Shown: positions 16,843 to 24,538, counted from the first letter of the stretch. The stretch is 44,509 nucleotides of DNA from an uncultured Gammaproteobacteria bacterium (GCA_964531745.1 CAZHFX010000004.1:1-44509); one strand, 5' to 3'. The notes: generated by a model from the sequence alone, not told the origin. Translations and numbers: made by a program.

Positions 16843-19620
16843 TTATTTCACAACCTCCATCTTCCCTTCCGCCCCCAAGACCACCACATCGCGCCGGTTT
16901 ACTTTTTTGCTTAAAAGCAGTTCCGCCAATTGATTTTCCACCCGCTCCTGGAGAGCGCGGCGGAGCGGACGAGCGCCGAACTCCGGATCAAAGCCAACAG
17001 AAGCAAAAAAATCCAAGGCCGCGTCTTCCACCTTGAGCTCAATCCCCTTGACGTCAAGATCTTTGGCCACACGCTTGAGCATGAGCCCGGCGATCTTTTT
17101 GATATCGGCCACTTGCAGGGCGCGGAAGAGCACGATGCCGTCAAAACGATTCAAAAACTCCGGGCGAAAATATTCTTTGAGCCCGCCATGAAGCAAACGC
17201 TCTTTAATGGCGTCGCTTGAAACGCCGGAGCGCAGCTGCTCCGCGACATAACTCGTGCCGGCGTTTGAGGTGGCAATGAGAATAACATTGGTAAAATCAA
17301 TCACCCTGCCGGTGGAATCGGTGAGGCGGCCATCGTCCATCACCTGCAAAAATAAATTCAAAATATCTTTGTCCGCTTTTTCTATTTCATCAAGCAAGAG
17401 CAACGCAAAGGGATGACGACGAATAGCCTCGGTCAAAATACCGCTCCCCTTTTGGCCGGGCACTCCAATGAGGCGATAGATGCTGGCTTTGTCTTGATAC
17501 TCACTCATGTCAAAACGCACCATTCTCTCCTCGCCGCCAAAATAAACTTCGGCGATGGTCTTGGCCAGTTCGGTTTTACCCACACCGGTTGGACCCAAGA
17601 ACAAAAAATTGGCTATAGGCTTGCTGGTGGAACGAACTTCAGCGCGGGCGCGGCGCAGAGCGTTCGCGACCAGAGTCACCGCTTCGTCTTGCCCAATCAC
17701 CCGCTGGTGCAGAGTTTCCTCAAGGTGCATTAGCTTGGCGCTCTCATCGCTCGTCACGGCCGTAACTGGAATCTTGGTTTTTCCGGCAATCACTTTGGCC
17801 ACCTCTTCGGCGGTAACAAGGGCATTCGCGCCTTTTTCGCGGTGCGTTAAACTGGCGGCTTCGGTGATTATTTCTAGAGCACTGCCCGGCAAAAGCACAT
17901 CGCGGATAAAACGCATGGAAAGAGCGACCGCTTTGGCGATGGCATCGTAGGCGAAGAAAACCTGCTGTTTGTACTCAATGGAACCGACTTTTGATTCCAG
18001 CACCTGAATCGCCTGATTTTCATCCATTTCCGGAATATCTATCTTGGAAAAAATGGCGCTTAATTTTGAATTGGCTAAATGCTCGGCATAGGCTTCTGGC
18101 GTGGTGCTGGCAATCACCATGGAGCGACCGCCCGCGAGATAATCAGCGAGCGTGCCGGCGACATCTAAACTCTGCCCCCCGCCCCCGGCCGACACGCCGA
18201 TGAGCTCATGGATATTTTGAATATAGAGAATAATATTTTGGGCGCGACTGATCTCATTCATCACGCCGATGAGGCGCTCTACGGCGCCAGCGGGAGTGGT
18301 GCCGGCGAGCAACGATGAAATACTCAGGCGCACTAAACGTTTATCTTGCCAGCGCGACGGCACGTCATCGGCTACCATTTTCTCCGCGATTCCCTCCACG
18401 ATGCTTTTTTTACCGGTGCCAAAATCGCCGACGAGCAGTACGTTTTCCTGCCCGCCATCAACAACCTGAAAAATATCTTCAATCTCCCGTTCGCGCGCGA
18501 TGCACGGCATAGTATGGCCAAACTGGGCCAACAGGGTTAGGTCGTCGCTCAACTGATTCAAAAATGGAGTGGCGACAGCCGTCATCGCCCGGTCCATGCC
18601 ATGAGTGGAGCGATGACGCGCCGAACGGCGGAAAGTTTGATACTGGCGGTAAAGCCGCTCCCGAATACGCGCCCACTCCACCACGTTGAGCAATTTTTGC
18701 TTATCAATGCCCAAATCATACAAAATTTCCTGCACCTCCGGCAATTCTTTTATTGAAGCCACGAGCAATTCAGTGACGCTGACATATTCTTGGTGAGCGG
18801 CATAGGCTTCTTCATACGCCACAAAAAGAGCCTGATACACTTCATCGGTCGCGACGGGGGCGGTACGCGTGCCGCCGGTGGTGGAGTTATCAGCGCTAAA
18901 AAGCGGTTTTAGTTTCTCGGCGATGCTTTCCGCCGAAAAACCCAGCCGGACAAATAGATTGCTGATGCGGTTGGACCCGAGGGTGGCGTAAAACAAATGG
19001 GCCGGAGTGAATTTGTTGAAACCGGCCTGATCGGCTAGAGTATAGGCCTGGCCAATGATTTCTAAACTTTCAGCGGTAAAAGCGTCGGAAATATTATGAC
19101 GCCGGCGGCGAGAAATTTTCTTGACTTCCGTCCAATTCACCGGACTACCCTCGGCGCGTTCGCCATCGGTGGCTTTTTTATAAGAATGATGTTCCACCAA
19201 CCCCACAAACTGTTTTTCCCGGATGGAACGATACTTCACATATACTAGCGTCAGCACTCCGAACCAAAAAAAAGCGAGAGAGAGCGCGGGGAGGTTAGAT
19301 ATGAAGACAGCCGGGTCGGCACTCGCCGCGAGTTTACCGGCGGCCCAGGCGCGATAGACCAGAAACCCGGCCCAAATCCAAAAATTCAAACCAACAATGA
19401 TAACGGTAATGAAACGAATTTTGTTAAAAATCCGCCGGGCGCGCCGCAAAGCCAAGTGATAACGCTCCAACGGGTATTGCCAATAGAGCCACCGCCCGCG
19501 CGCCAGATAACCAACAGCCAACCCCCGGCAGGAAGGGCAGGTGCGCCAATCAACAATGCCGCTTCGACGGCAGGTGGAGCAGGAAAGCAAAGGCAAAGGC
19601 GGCAGAGATTCAAACAGCAT
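16843..19620 (-). CDS. Clp/Hsp100-family AAA+ ATPase (ClpC/ClpB-like) with an N-terminal zinc ribbon and two TM helices.
   Basis: C-x2-C-x10-C-x2-C motif (SCSTCRRSGIVDWRTCPSCRG), two hydrophobic helices and two Clp_N repeats. D1 has GDFGTGKKS and ILYIQNIH (degenerate Walker A and B). D2 has canonical GPTGVGKTE and LLLLDEIEKA, plus RPEFLNRFD. Confidence 0.85.
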   Translation of the reverse strand: MLFESLPPLPLLSCSTCRRSGIVDWRTCPSCRGLAVGYLARGRWLYWQYPLERYHLALRRARRIFNKIRFITVIIVGLNFWIWAGFLVYRAWAAGKLAASADPAVFISNLPALSLAFFWFGVLTLVYVKYRSIREKQFVGLVEHHSYKKATDGERAEGSPVNWTEVKKISRRRRHNISDAFTAESLEIIGQAYTLADQAGFNKFTPAHLFYATLGSNRISNLFVRLGFSAESIAEKLKPLFSADNSTTGGTRTAPVATDEVYQALFVAYEEAYAAHQEYVSVTELLVASIKELPEVQEILYDLGIDKQKLLNVVEWARIRERLYRQYQTFRRSARHRSTHGMDRAMTAVATPFLNQLSDDLTLLAQFGHTMPCIAREREIEDIFQVVDGGQENVLLVGDFGTGKKSIVEGIAEKMVADDVPSRWQDKRLVRLSISSLLAGTTPAGAVERLIGVMNEISRAQNIILYIQNIHELIGVSAGGGGQSLDVAGTLADYLAGGRSMVIASTTPEAYAEHLANSKLSAIFSKIDIPEMDENQAIQVLESKVGSIEYKQQVFFAYDAIAKAVALSMRFIRDVLLPGSALEIITEAASLTHREKGANALVTAEEVAKVIAGKTKIPVTAVTSDESAKLMHLEETLHQRVIGQDEAVTLVANALRRARAEVRSTSKPIANFLFLGPTGVGKTELAKTIAEVYFGGEERMVRFDMSEYQDKASIYRLIGVPGQKGSGILTEAIRRHPFALLLLDEIEKADKDILNLFLQVMDDGRLTDSTGRVIDFTNVILIATSNAGTSYVAEQLRSGVSSDAIKERLLHGGLKEYFRPEFLNRFDGIVLFRALQVADIKKIAGLMLKRVAKDLDVKGIELKVEDAALDFFASVGFDPEFGARPLRRALQERVENQLAELLLSKKVNRRDVVVLGAEGKMEVVK

Positions 19621-19623
19621 AGG

Positions 19624-19986
19624 CTAAACTCCGGAAGTAAATGCTAAAATGAGGCCGTAGAGCGCGATGACTGGTAAAAAAACCCAGATAACCCACAGCA
19701 GGGCAGAGACCGCTACCCACGCGATGAGCGCCAGAGCGCGAGCTAATATCTGCGCGAGGCGCATAAAAAAACTAATAATCTTTCCCTGCCAGTCCGTCTG
19801 CCCAAACATAGGCACGAATAAATTCTTCAGCCACAACGCCGGGGCCAGCGCGCGGTTGCCGGCCTTCAGCCAAACAAAATAGCGGCTCCCCGCGTAGCGC
19901 AGGCCGCCGGTATACCACCAAACGGGAAAATAGATGAAATCAAGCGCCGCTTCGCCGACCAGCCGTTGAAGAATGATTAAATACAT
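19624..19986 (-). CDS. Small integral membrane protein, unknown function.
   Basis: The track ORF begins at TTG 20046. I prefer ATG 19986 (MYLIILQRLVGE...). It has 3-4 hydrophobic helices and lies directly upstream of, and co-oriented with, the Clp-like gene. Confidence 0.5.
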   Translation of the reverse strand: MYLIILQRLVGEAALDFIYFPVWWYTGGLRYAGSRYFVWLKAGNRALAPALWLKNLFVPMFGQTDWQGKIISFFMRLAQILARALALIAWVAVSALLWVIWVFLPVIALYGLILAFTSGV

Positions 19987-20185
19987 ATCAATTAGTATAT
20001 CATATTGTCGGAGGAAATAAAAAACGCTCGACCCCTGCTTCCACAAAAATAGACTTTTTACCGATAAATTGGTATTCTACCAAAAATTGATGCTTGCATT
20101 TGTCTACCTCTCAAACGTATTGCCACCCCCCATAAAAAATTTCAGCATACTTTAGCCAATTTTTCAATGAGTTGGTATATAAGTA

Positions 20186-20214
20186 GTTAGCTGAAATTAA
20201 TTTTTTTCTTACCC
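20186..20214. repeat. Left arm of a 29-bp inverted repeat bracketing the SemiSWEET gene.
   Basis: GTTAGCTGAAATTAATTTTTTTCTTACCC. Its reverse complement matches 20483..20511 at 27 of 29 positions. Confidence 0.9.
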
Positions 20215-20233
20215 TAATTAAAATAAAAATATT

Positions 20234-20488
20234 ATGATGAACGTTGAGGTTGTTGGTTTTATAGCAGGTTTGCTTGTGGCTATTTCTGTATTTCCTCAAG
20301 TCGTTAAGTCTTGGAAAACAAGATCGACTAAGGATGTCGCGTTGGCTTGGAGCGTTATAAACCTTGCTGGCCAAATTTTGTGGATAGTTTATGGTTTCTA
20401 TATAAATAGTTATTCGCTTGTTATCATGAGCAGCATAACCCTAGTGATGAATATTTTTATGGTAACTCTAAAATTGAAGTTCGGGTAA
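20234..20488 (+). CDS. SemiSWEET (PQ-loop / MtN3 half-transporter), three TM helices.
   Basis: 84 aa. The motif FPQVVKSWKTRSTKDVAL followed by LWIVYG matches the bacterial SemiSWEET pattern (F-PQ-x2-K-x2-KT+S). Confidence 0.85.
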   Translation: MMNVEVVGFIAGLLVAISVFPQVVKSWKTRSTKDVALAWSVINLAGQILWIVYGFYINSYSLVIMSSITLVMNIFMVTLKLKFG

Positions 20489-20511
20489 GAAAAAAATTAA
20501 CATCAGCTAAC
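20483..20511. repeat. Right arm of the 29-bp inverted repeat (overlaps the SemiSWEET stop codon).
   Basis: GGGTAAGAAAAAAATTAACATCAGCTAAC, 27 of 29 positions complementary to 20186..20214. Confidence 0.9.
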
Positions 20512-20512
20512 A

Positions 20513-20581
20513 GCCGATATCTGCAAGGGCTAAAGCTACATTCTAATTTCGCTTCGCTTCATTAGAACGTCAGATATCGGC
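20513..20581. other. 69-nt two-tier hairpin element.
   Basis: The outer 11-bp perfect stem is GCCGATATCTG (20513..20523) paired with CAGATATCGGC (20571..20581). The inner 7-bp stem is TTCTAAT (20541..20547) paired with ATTAGAA (20561..20567), with loop TTCGCTTCGCTTC. No U-tract follows. Confidence 0.6.
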
Positions 20582-20685
20582 GACACGTTATGTAAAATTA
20601 CGAAAATTTTTATCTATAATTATGACGATCAGAGTCAAAAAATTCAGAGTCGCTGCGCTCGTTCCGCTACACTAACCATAATCAC

Positions 20686-20943
20686 ATGAATATCAAAAGG
20701 AATTTTATAGCCTTGCTGGTAGTTCTAGTGTTGATAATCACCGGGATTCTAACACGGGCTCCGTGGCTAAAGGATGAAGAGGTAAGGAATATAGTACGTT
20801 CAAACAAAAATTTTCAGGAACAACATCCTGCTGGTTCTGAACAAACCAACCCTGAAATATACGTCTTTAAAATTCCTTTTGGTAGATGGGTCACGACATA
20901 TGAAGGAGGATGGTTCGTCTGGTTCTGGCAGAGTGGAACGTAA
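20686..20943 (+). CDS. Small hypothetical protein with one N-terminal TM helix and a Trp-rich C-terminus.
   Basis: 85-aa ORF (MNIKRNFIALLVVLVLIITGIL...GGWFVWFWQSGT) in the AT-rich islet. No SD site and no family were recognised. Confidence 0.4.
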   Translation: MNIKRNFIALLVVLVLIITGILTRAPWLKDEEVRNIVRSNKNFQEQHPAGSEQTNPEIYVFKIPFGRWVTTYEGGWFVWFWQSGT

Positions 20944-21013
20944 TAGACGAGCAATACATCCGATAACACAAAAACCTTCCAGTGAAGCTGGGGGGCTTAA
21001 GACGCACGCATGC

Positions 21014-21382
21014 TTATCTCGCAAACGCGGTTTTCTCCAAAGAACGCCGCGCGTACTGAATTTGAGTAGCGGCCACCATATCGCCATCAACTTCTCGCAA
21101 ACGCTCTTTAATATTGGATAATGACTGGACGGACGCGACTTCGCTGTTTAATTTCTGAATTTCGTCGCTTACCGCCGCGATTTGTTTCTCCAGCGTATAG
21201 ACAACATAACCGCTCGTCCCGATGGTATTGATTTGAAACATATACCCGACACCAACGACTATCGCCAAGATGCCGACGATTCCTTTAACCCAACCGCTCC
21301 ACACCCAAACCGGCAGGCTGACGGAGTCAACAAATTGTCTGACGGAACGATAGCGATATTTGAGGCGTAGTTTGATGGACAT
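21014..21382 (-). CDS. FtsL-like bitopic cell-division protein (assigned by position and architecture).
   Basis: 122 aa with one TM helix (GIVGILAIVVGVGYMF) followed by a coiled coil. It sits immediately downstream of mraZ-rsmH, as ftsL does in dcw clusters. Confidence 0.55.
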   Translation of the reverse strand: MSIKLRLKYRYRSVRQFVDSVSLPVWVWSGWVKGIVGILAIVVGVGYMFQINTIGTSGYVVYTLEKQIAAVSDEIQKLNSEVASVQSLSNIKERLREVDGDMVAATQIQYARRSLEKTAFAR

Positions 21383-21392
21383 ACCGATTGAA

Positions 21393-21427
21393 AATGTTAA
21401 ATGCAGAATGCTAAATGCTAAATGCTA
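21393..21427. repeat. Five tandem heptamers (AATGTTA AATGCAG AATGCTA AATGCTA AATGCTA) in the rsmH/ftsL-like intergenic spacer.
   Basis: Read directly from the sequence. The last three copies are identical. Confidence 0.85.
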
Positions 21428-21436
21428 AATAATTTT

Positions 21437-22363
21437 CTAATTTTCTAATTTTTCAATAATCCGCAGTTTTGCGCTTCTGGCCCGGGGGTTTGCTTTAATC
21501 TCTTCCTTTGAGGCAACCCGCGGCTTTTTAGTTATAATTTTTAAAGTTTTATTTTCTTGCGCCTGGAAAAAATGTTTTATAATTCTGTCTTCCAAAGAGT
21601 GAAAAGCGATGACGGCCAGCCGCCCGCCCGGAGAGAGCGCGTCCACCGCTTGGGGCAAAGTTTCTTTCAGCACGTCCAGCTCTTTATTCACCGCGATGCG
21701 CAGGGCCTGAAATACTTTTGTCGCGGGGTGTATCCCCCCCACCCACGGAATTTCTTTGGCAGAATGTAATTTCTCCCGATAAACCGCGAGAATAATTTCC
21801 ACCAGTTCACTCGTTGTTTTGAAAGGTGCGTCACCCCGCCGCAGAACTACAGCGGCCGATATTTCTTTGGCTAATTTTTCTTCACCGTAATTTTTAAAAA
21901 TTAATTCTAATTCTTTTTGACTGTCGGTATTCAGAATTTCCGCGGCAGTGTCGCCCACCCCACCTAGACTCTGGGCAGGCCCGCCATAGCGCATATCCAG
22001 CGGTTCATCCTTTTCAAAGCTGAACCCGCGCCCACGCTCGGAAAATTGCGGGCTACTCCACCCCAAATCCATCAAAATGACATTGACAGGGGAGAAATGT
22101 TCACGATTGACGATCTCTTGGAGATGAAAAAAATTCTCACGAACAAAGCTGGCGCGCGCCCCAAAACCGTACAGATATTGTTTGGCGCGCAAGAGCGATT
22201 CGGGGTCGGCATCCAGCCCCAGCAAACGACCATCCGGAGAAGTTTTCGTGAGCATCGCTTCGCTGTGGCCAGCGTCACCCAAAGTACAATCAACAACATT
22301 CATCCCCGACTTCAATTGTAAAAAATCAATGACTTCGGCCAGTAAAACAGGTACGTGTCGCAT
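21437..22363 (-). CDS. rsmH: 16S rRNA (cytosine1402-N4)-methyltransferase RsmH.
   Basis: HVPVLL, VDCTLGDAGHS, DLGWSSPQ and FHSLEDRIIK motifs, with synteny after mraZ. Confidence 0.95.
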   Translation of the reverse strand: MRHVPVLLAEVIDFLQLKSGMNVVDCTLGDAGHSEAMLTKTSPDGRLLGLDADPESLLRAKQYLYGFGARASFVRENFFHLQEIVNREHFSPVNVILMDLGWSSPQFSERGRGFSFEKDEPLDMRYGGPAQSLGGVGDTAAEILNTDSQKELELIFKNYGEEKLAKEISAAVVLRRGDAPFKTTSELVEIILAVYREKLHSAKEIPWVGGIHPATKVFQALRIAVNKELDVLKETLPQAVDALSPGGRLAVIAFHSLEDRIIKHFFQAQENKTLKIITKKPRVASKEEIKANPRARSAKLRIIEKLEN

Positions 22364-22368
22364 AGTCG

Positions 22369-22803
22369 TTAAACTCCTAGTTCAGCCATCCGTTCGGCGA
22401 TGCTCCCGCTCTCCGCTTCGGTCTGCCCTTTATACGTCTGCCACCGGGCGCTATCCCAAAGTTCCAAACGATTATAAAGACCAGCCACCACTACCTCTTT
22501 TTTTAATCCGGCGTATTCCCTGAGATACTCAGGAATAAGCGCCCGACCCTGTTTATCAAATTCAACATCCATGGCTCCGGCCAACATCAAGCGAGAAAAA
22601 GCGCGGCTGTTAGCTTGGCTGATTGGCAAAGCCGCATATTTTTCTGCCGCCTTCGCCCATTCATCCTTGGTGTAGAGAAACAAGCAGTTGTCCAATCCGC
22701 GCGTGACCACCGCCCCTTTTTTCAATTCCGCCCGAAACTTGATCGGTATGGCCAACCGTCCTTTATCGTCCATGGTATGAGCGTATTCGCCGATGAAGGC
22801 CAT
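22369..22803 (-). CDS. mraZ: Transcriptional regulator MraZ.
   Basis: Two SpoVT/AbrB-like repeats (MDDKGRLAIPIKFR and DKQGRALIPEYLR). I start at the internal ATG 22803 (MAFIGEY...) rather than the track's 22878. Confidence 0.9.
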   Translation of the reverse strand: MAFIGEYAHTMDDKGRLAIPIKFRAELKKGAVVTRGLDNCLFLYTKDEWAKAAEKYAALPISQANSRAFSRLMLAGAMDVEFDKQGRALIPEYLREYAGLKKEVVVAGLYNRLELWDSARWQTYKGQTEAESGSIAERMAELGV

Positions 22804-22824
22804 AAAATTTGTGATTCTTGTTCT

Positions 22825-22868
22825 CCACTTCTCCCCACTTATAACCATTATATACCACTCCCCCACAC
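22825..22868 (-). promoter_or_regulatory. Candidate MraZ operator: GTGG-type boxes around the mraZ promoter.
   Basis: On the minus strand AAGTGG occurs at 22835..22840 and 22825..22830 (10-nt period). GAGTGG is at 22855..22860 and GTGTGGGG at 22861..22868. MraZ proteins are known to bind 10-nt-spaced GTGG/TGGG repeats at their own promoter. Confidence 0.45.
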
Positions 22869-22875
22869 TGGTCAA
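22847..22875 (-). promoter_or_regulatory. mraZ promoter: TTGACC, 17-nt spacer, TATAAT.
   Basis: The reverse complement of 22870..22875 is TTGACC and that of 22847..22852 is TATAAT, with an exact 17-nt spacer. It is near-consensus. Confidence 0.7.
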
Positions 22876-22888
22876 CACCTTCCACCAT

Positions 22889-22908
22889 AATCCGCCAGCT
22901 GGCGGATT
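22889..22908. promoter_or_regulatory. Perfect 20-nt palindrome AATCCGCCAGCTGGCGGATT upstream of the mraZ -35.
   Basis: It is self-complementary over all 20 nt and lies between the upstream terminator and the mraZ promoter. It could be a protein-binding site or a hairpin. Confidence 0.4.
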
Positions 22909-22920
22909 GGCTAATATAAA

Positions 22921-22947
22921 ACAAAAAACCCGCCTAAAAGGCGGGTT
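22921..22947 (-). terminator. Intrinsic terminator of the beta-CASP/MBL gene.
   Basis: 8-bp stem AACCCGCC/GGCGGGTT with loop TAAAA, followed on the minus strand by TTTTTTGTTTT. Confidence 0.8.
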
Positions 22948-22970
22948 GTGGATAAGTATGAAAAAATTTA

Positions 22971-24314
22971 TTACACTTCTACCGTCATTCCCGGCGCGAC
23001 CGGCGCGACCTTCACCCCGAGTACAGACAATTTTTTTGCGAACGCCTCTTTAGCCGCCGGGTCACCGTGATTGAGAAATACCTGACGCGGCGCAGACGCG
23101 TCAATCCAACCCAGCAGTTTATCTTGGTCGCCATGGGCCGAGAGCGTGCCAATCATTTTTATCTGGCAGTGAACAGCCACCTCTTCTCCGAGAATTTTGA
23201 CTGGCGACTGCCCTTCCATAAGTTGTCGGCCTAAAGTGCCTTTGGATTGATACCCAATGAGGAGCAAAGTGTTGCGAGTATCAGACAGATAGCGCAGGGC
23301 GTGGTGCACAATGCGCCCGCCGTTCATCATGCCGGCGCCGGCGATAATAATTTTTGGCCCCGGAGTGTGGTTAATTTTCATGGACTCGTCGCGCGTGTAG
23401 GTGGGAGTGAGACCCGGGAAAGAAAACATATCGTCGCCCTCCTTAAAATAACGCGCGGCTTCTTCGTCATAATAGCGCGGAAATTTGCGATACACTTTGA
23501 GCGCGTCTATGGCGAGCGGACTATCCAAAAAAATAGGAACGCGCGCCAACTTGTGTTTGCGTTCAATAAGGTCATTCAGATCGTAGATAAGCTCTTGCGT
23601 GCGCTCCAGCGAAAACGACGGAATCATCACTACCCCGCCCCGGCCAATCGCTTCTGATATGAGGCGCTCAATGAGCTCTTGGCGGGAAGCAGAAGACTCA
23701 TGCAAGCGATCACCGTAGGTGGATTCGCAAACAAGGGCGTCCAGTTTTTTCGGCAAATCTTCGGTGTCGCGCAAAATGGGCACCCGAATATTGCCCACAT
23801 CGCCGGAAAAGACAATTTTTTTATCTTCAGTTTGGAATTCAATGAAAGCCGAGCCAAAAATATGCCCGGCATCGTGGAAAGTGACAGTCATGCCGCCGAC
23901 CGCAAGGGGCGTATCGTATTCTACGGCTTTAAAAGCGCCCATCACCCCGGCGATATTTATTTCATCGTAAATTATCGGCTTGCCCATTTTTTTATGATCA
24001 TAGGTCATTACGCCGAGCGCGTCTTCCATAATCAACTGCGCCAGCTCCACCGTGGGCGGCGTCGCATAAAAATGGCCGGTGAACCCGCCGCGCACCAGTA
24101 GCGGCAGACGGCCGACATGGTCTAGGTGCGCATGGGTGGCAAAAACAGCCGTGAGAGTAGTGGGGTCAAAAGGCAGAGGCTCTTGATTTTTCTTCTCCAG
24201 CTCGTCATCGCCTTGAAACATGCCGCAATCAACCAAAAAACGCTGGCCGTTGGTTTCCAGCAGTGAACATGAGCCAGTGACTCCCCCGGCCGCACCGTAG
24301 AAAGTTATCTTCAT
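22971..24314 (-). CDS. MBL-fold, beta-CASP family RNA-processing nuclease (RNase J/CPSF73-like).
   Basis: HAHLDHVGRLP (the HxHxDH motif), later ...DAGHIFGSA..., ESTYGDR and ...SAHGDQ motifs characteristic of beta-CASP. 447 aa. Confidence 0.85.
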   Translation of the reverse strand: MKITFYGAAGGVTGSCSLLETNGQRFLVDCGMFQGDDELEKKNQEPLPFDPTTLTAVFATHAHLDHVGRLPLLVRGGFTGHFYATPPTVELAQLIMEDALGVMTYDHKKMGKPIIYDEINIAGVMGAFKAVEYDTPLAVGGMTVTFHDAGHIFGSAFIEFQTEDKKIVFSGDVGNIRVPILRDTEDLPKKLDALVCESTYGDRLHESSASRQELIERLISEAIGRGGVVMIPSFSLERTQELIYDLNDLIERKHKLARVPIFLDSPLAIDALKVYRKFPRYYDEEAARYFKEGDDMFSFPGLTPTYTRDESMKINHTPGPKIIIAGAGMMNGGRIVHHALRYLSDTRNTLLLIGYQSKGTLGRQLMEGQSPVKILGEEVAVHCQIKMIGTLSAHGDQDKLLGWIDASAPRQVFLNHGDPAAKEAFAKKLSVLGVKVAPVAPGMTVEV

Positions 24315-24349
24315 ACAAAAAACTCGTAGCGAGTTATTACCAATAGCCT

Positions 24350-24426
24350 AATTAATAATAATTTTCATAGCGTCCAAACCCGCTGGTGGCGGGGCGTAAT
24401 GGCCGCCGAGAAAATTATTATTAATT
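24350..24426. promoter_or_regulatory. Mirrored 17-mers (AATTAATAATAATTTTC / GAAAATTATTATTAATT) enclosing a 43-nt GC-rich core, in a divergent intergenic region.
   Basis: Perfect 17-bp inverted repeat, 24350..24366 against 24410..24426. The core contains a CCCGC-TGGTG-GCGGG hairpin (24379..24393). Confidence 0.55.
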
Positions 24427-24538
24427 TCGGCTGAAACAAGTTCAAAACTTAAATAACTATACCACAACATCAGGCCTATGTCACCCTGTTCAATAATAAA
24501 AAAATCTGTTACACTACTCTCCAACAGCTTATTTTTGT

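Noticed and set aside
20111-20374. 87-aa minus-strand ORF overlapping the SemiSWEET start.
   Set aside because: It is antisense to a gene with a clear family signature and lies in an AT-rich stretch. The product has no features.
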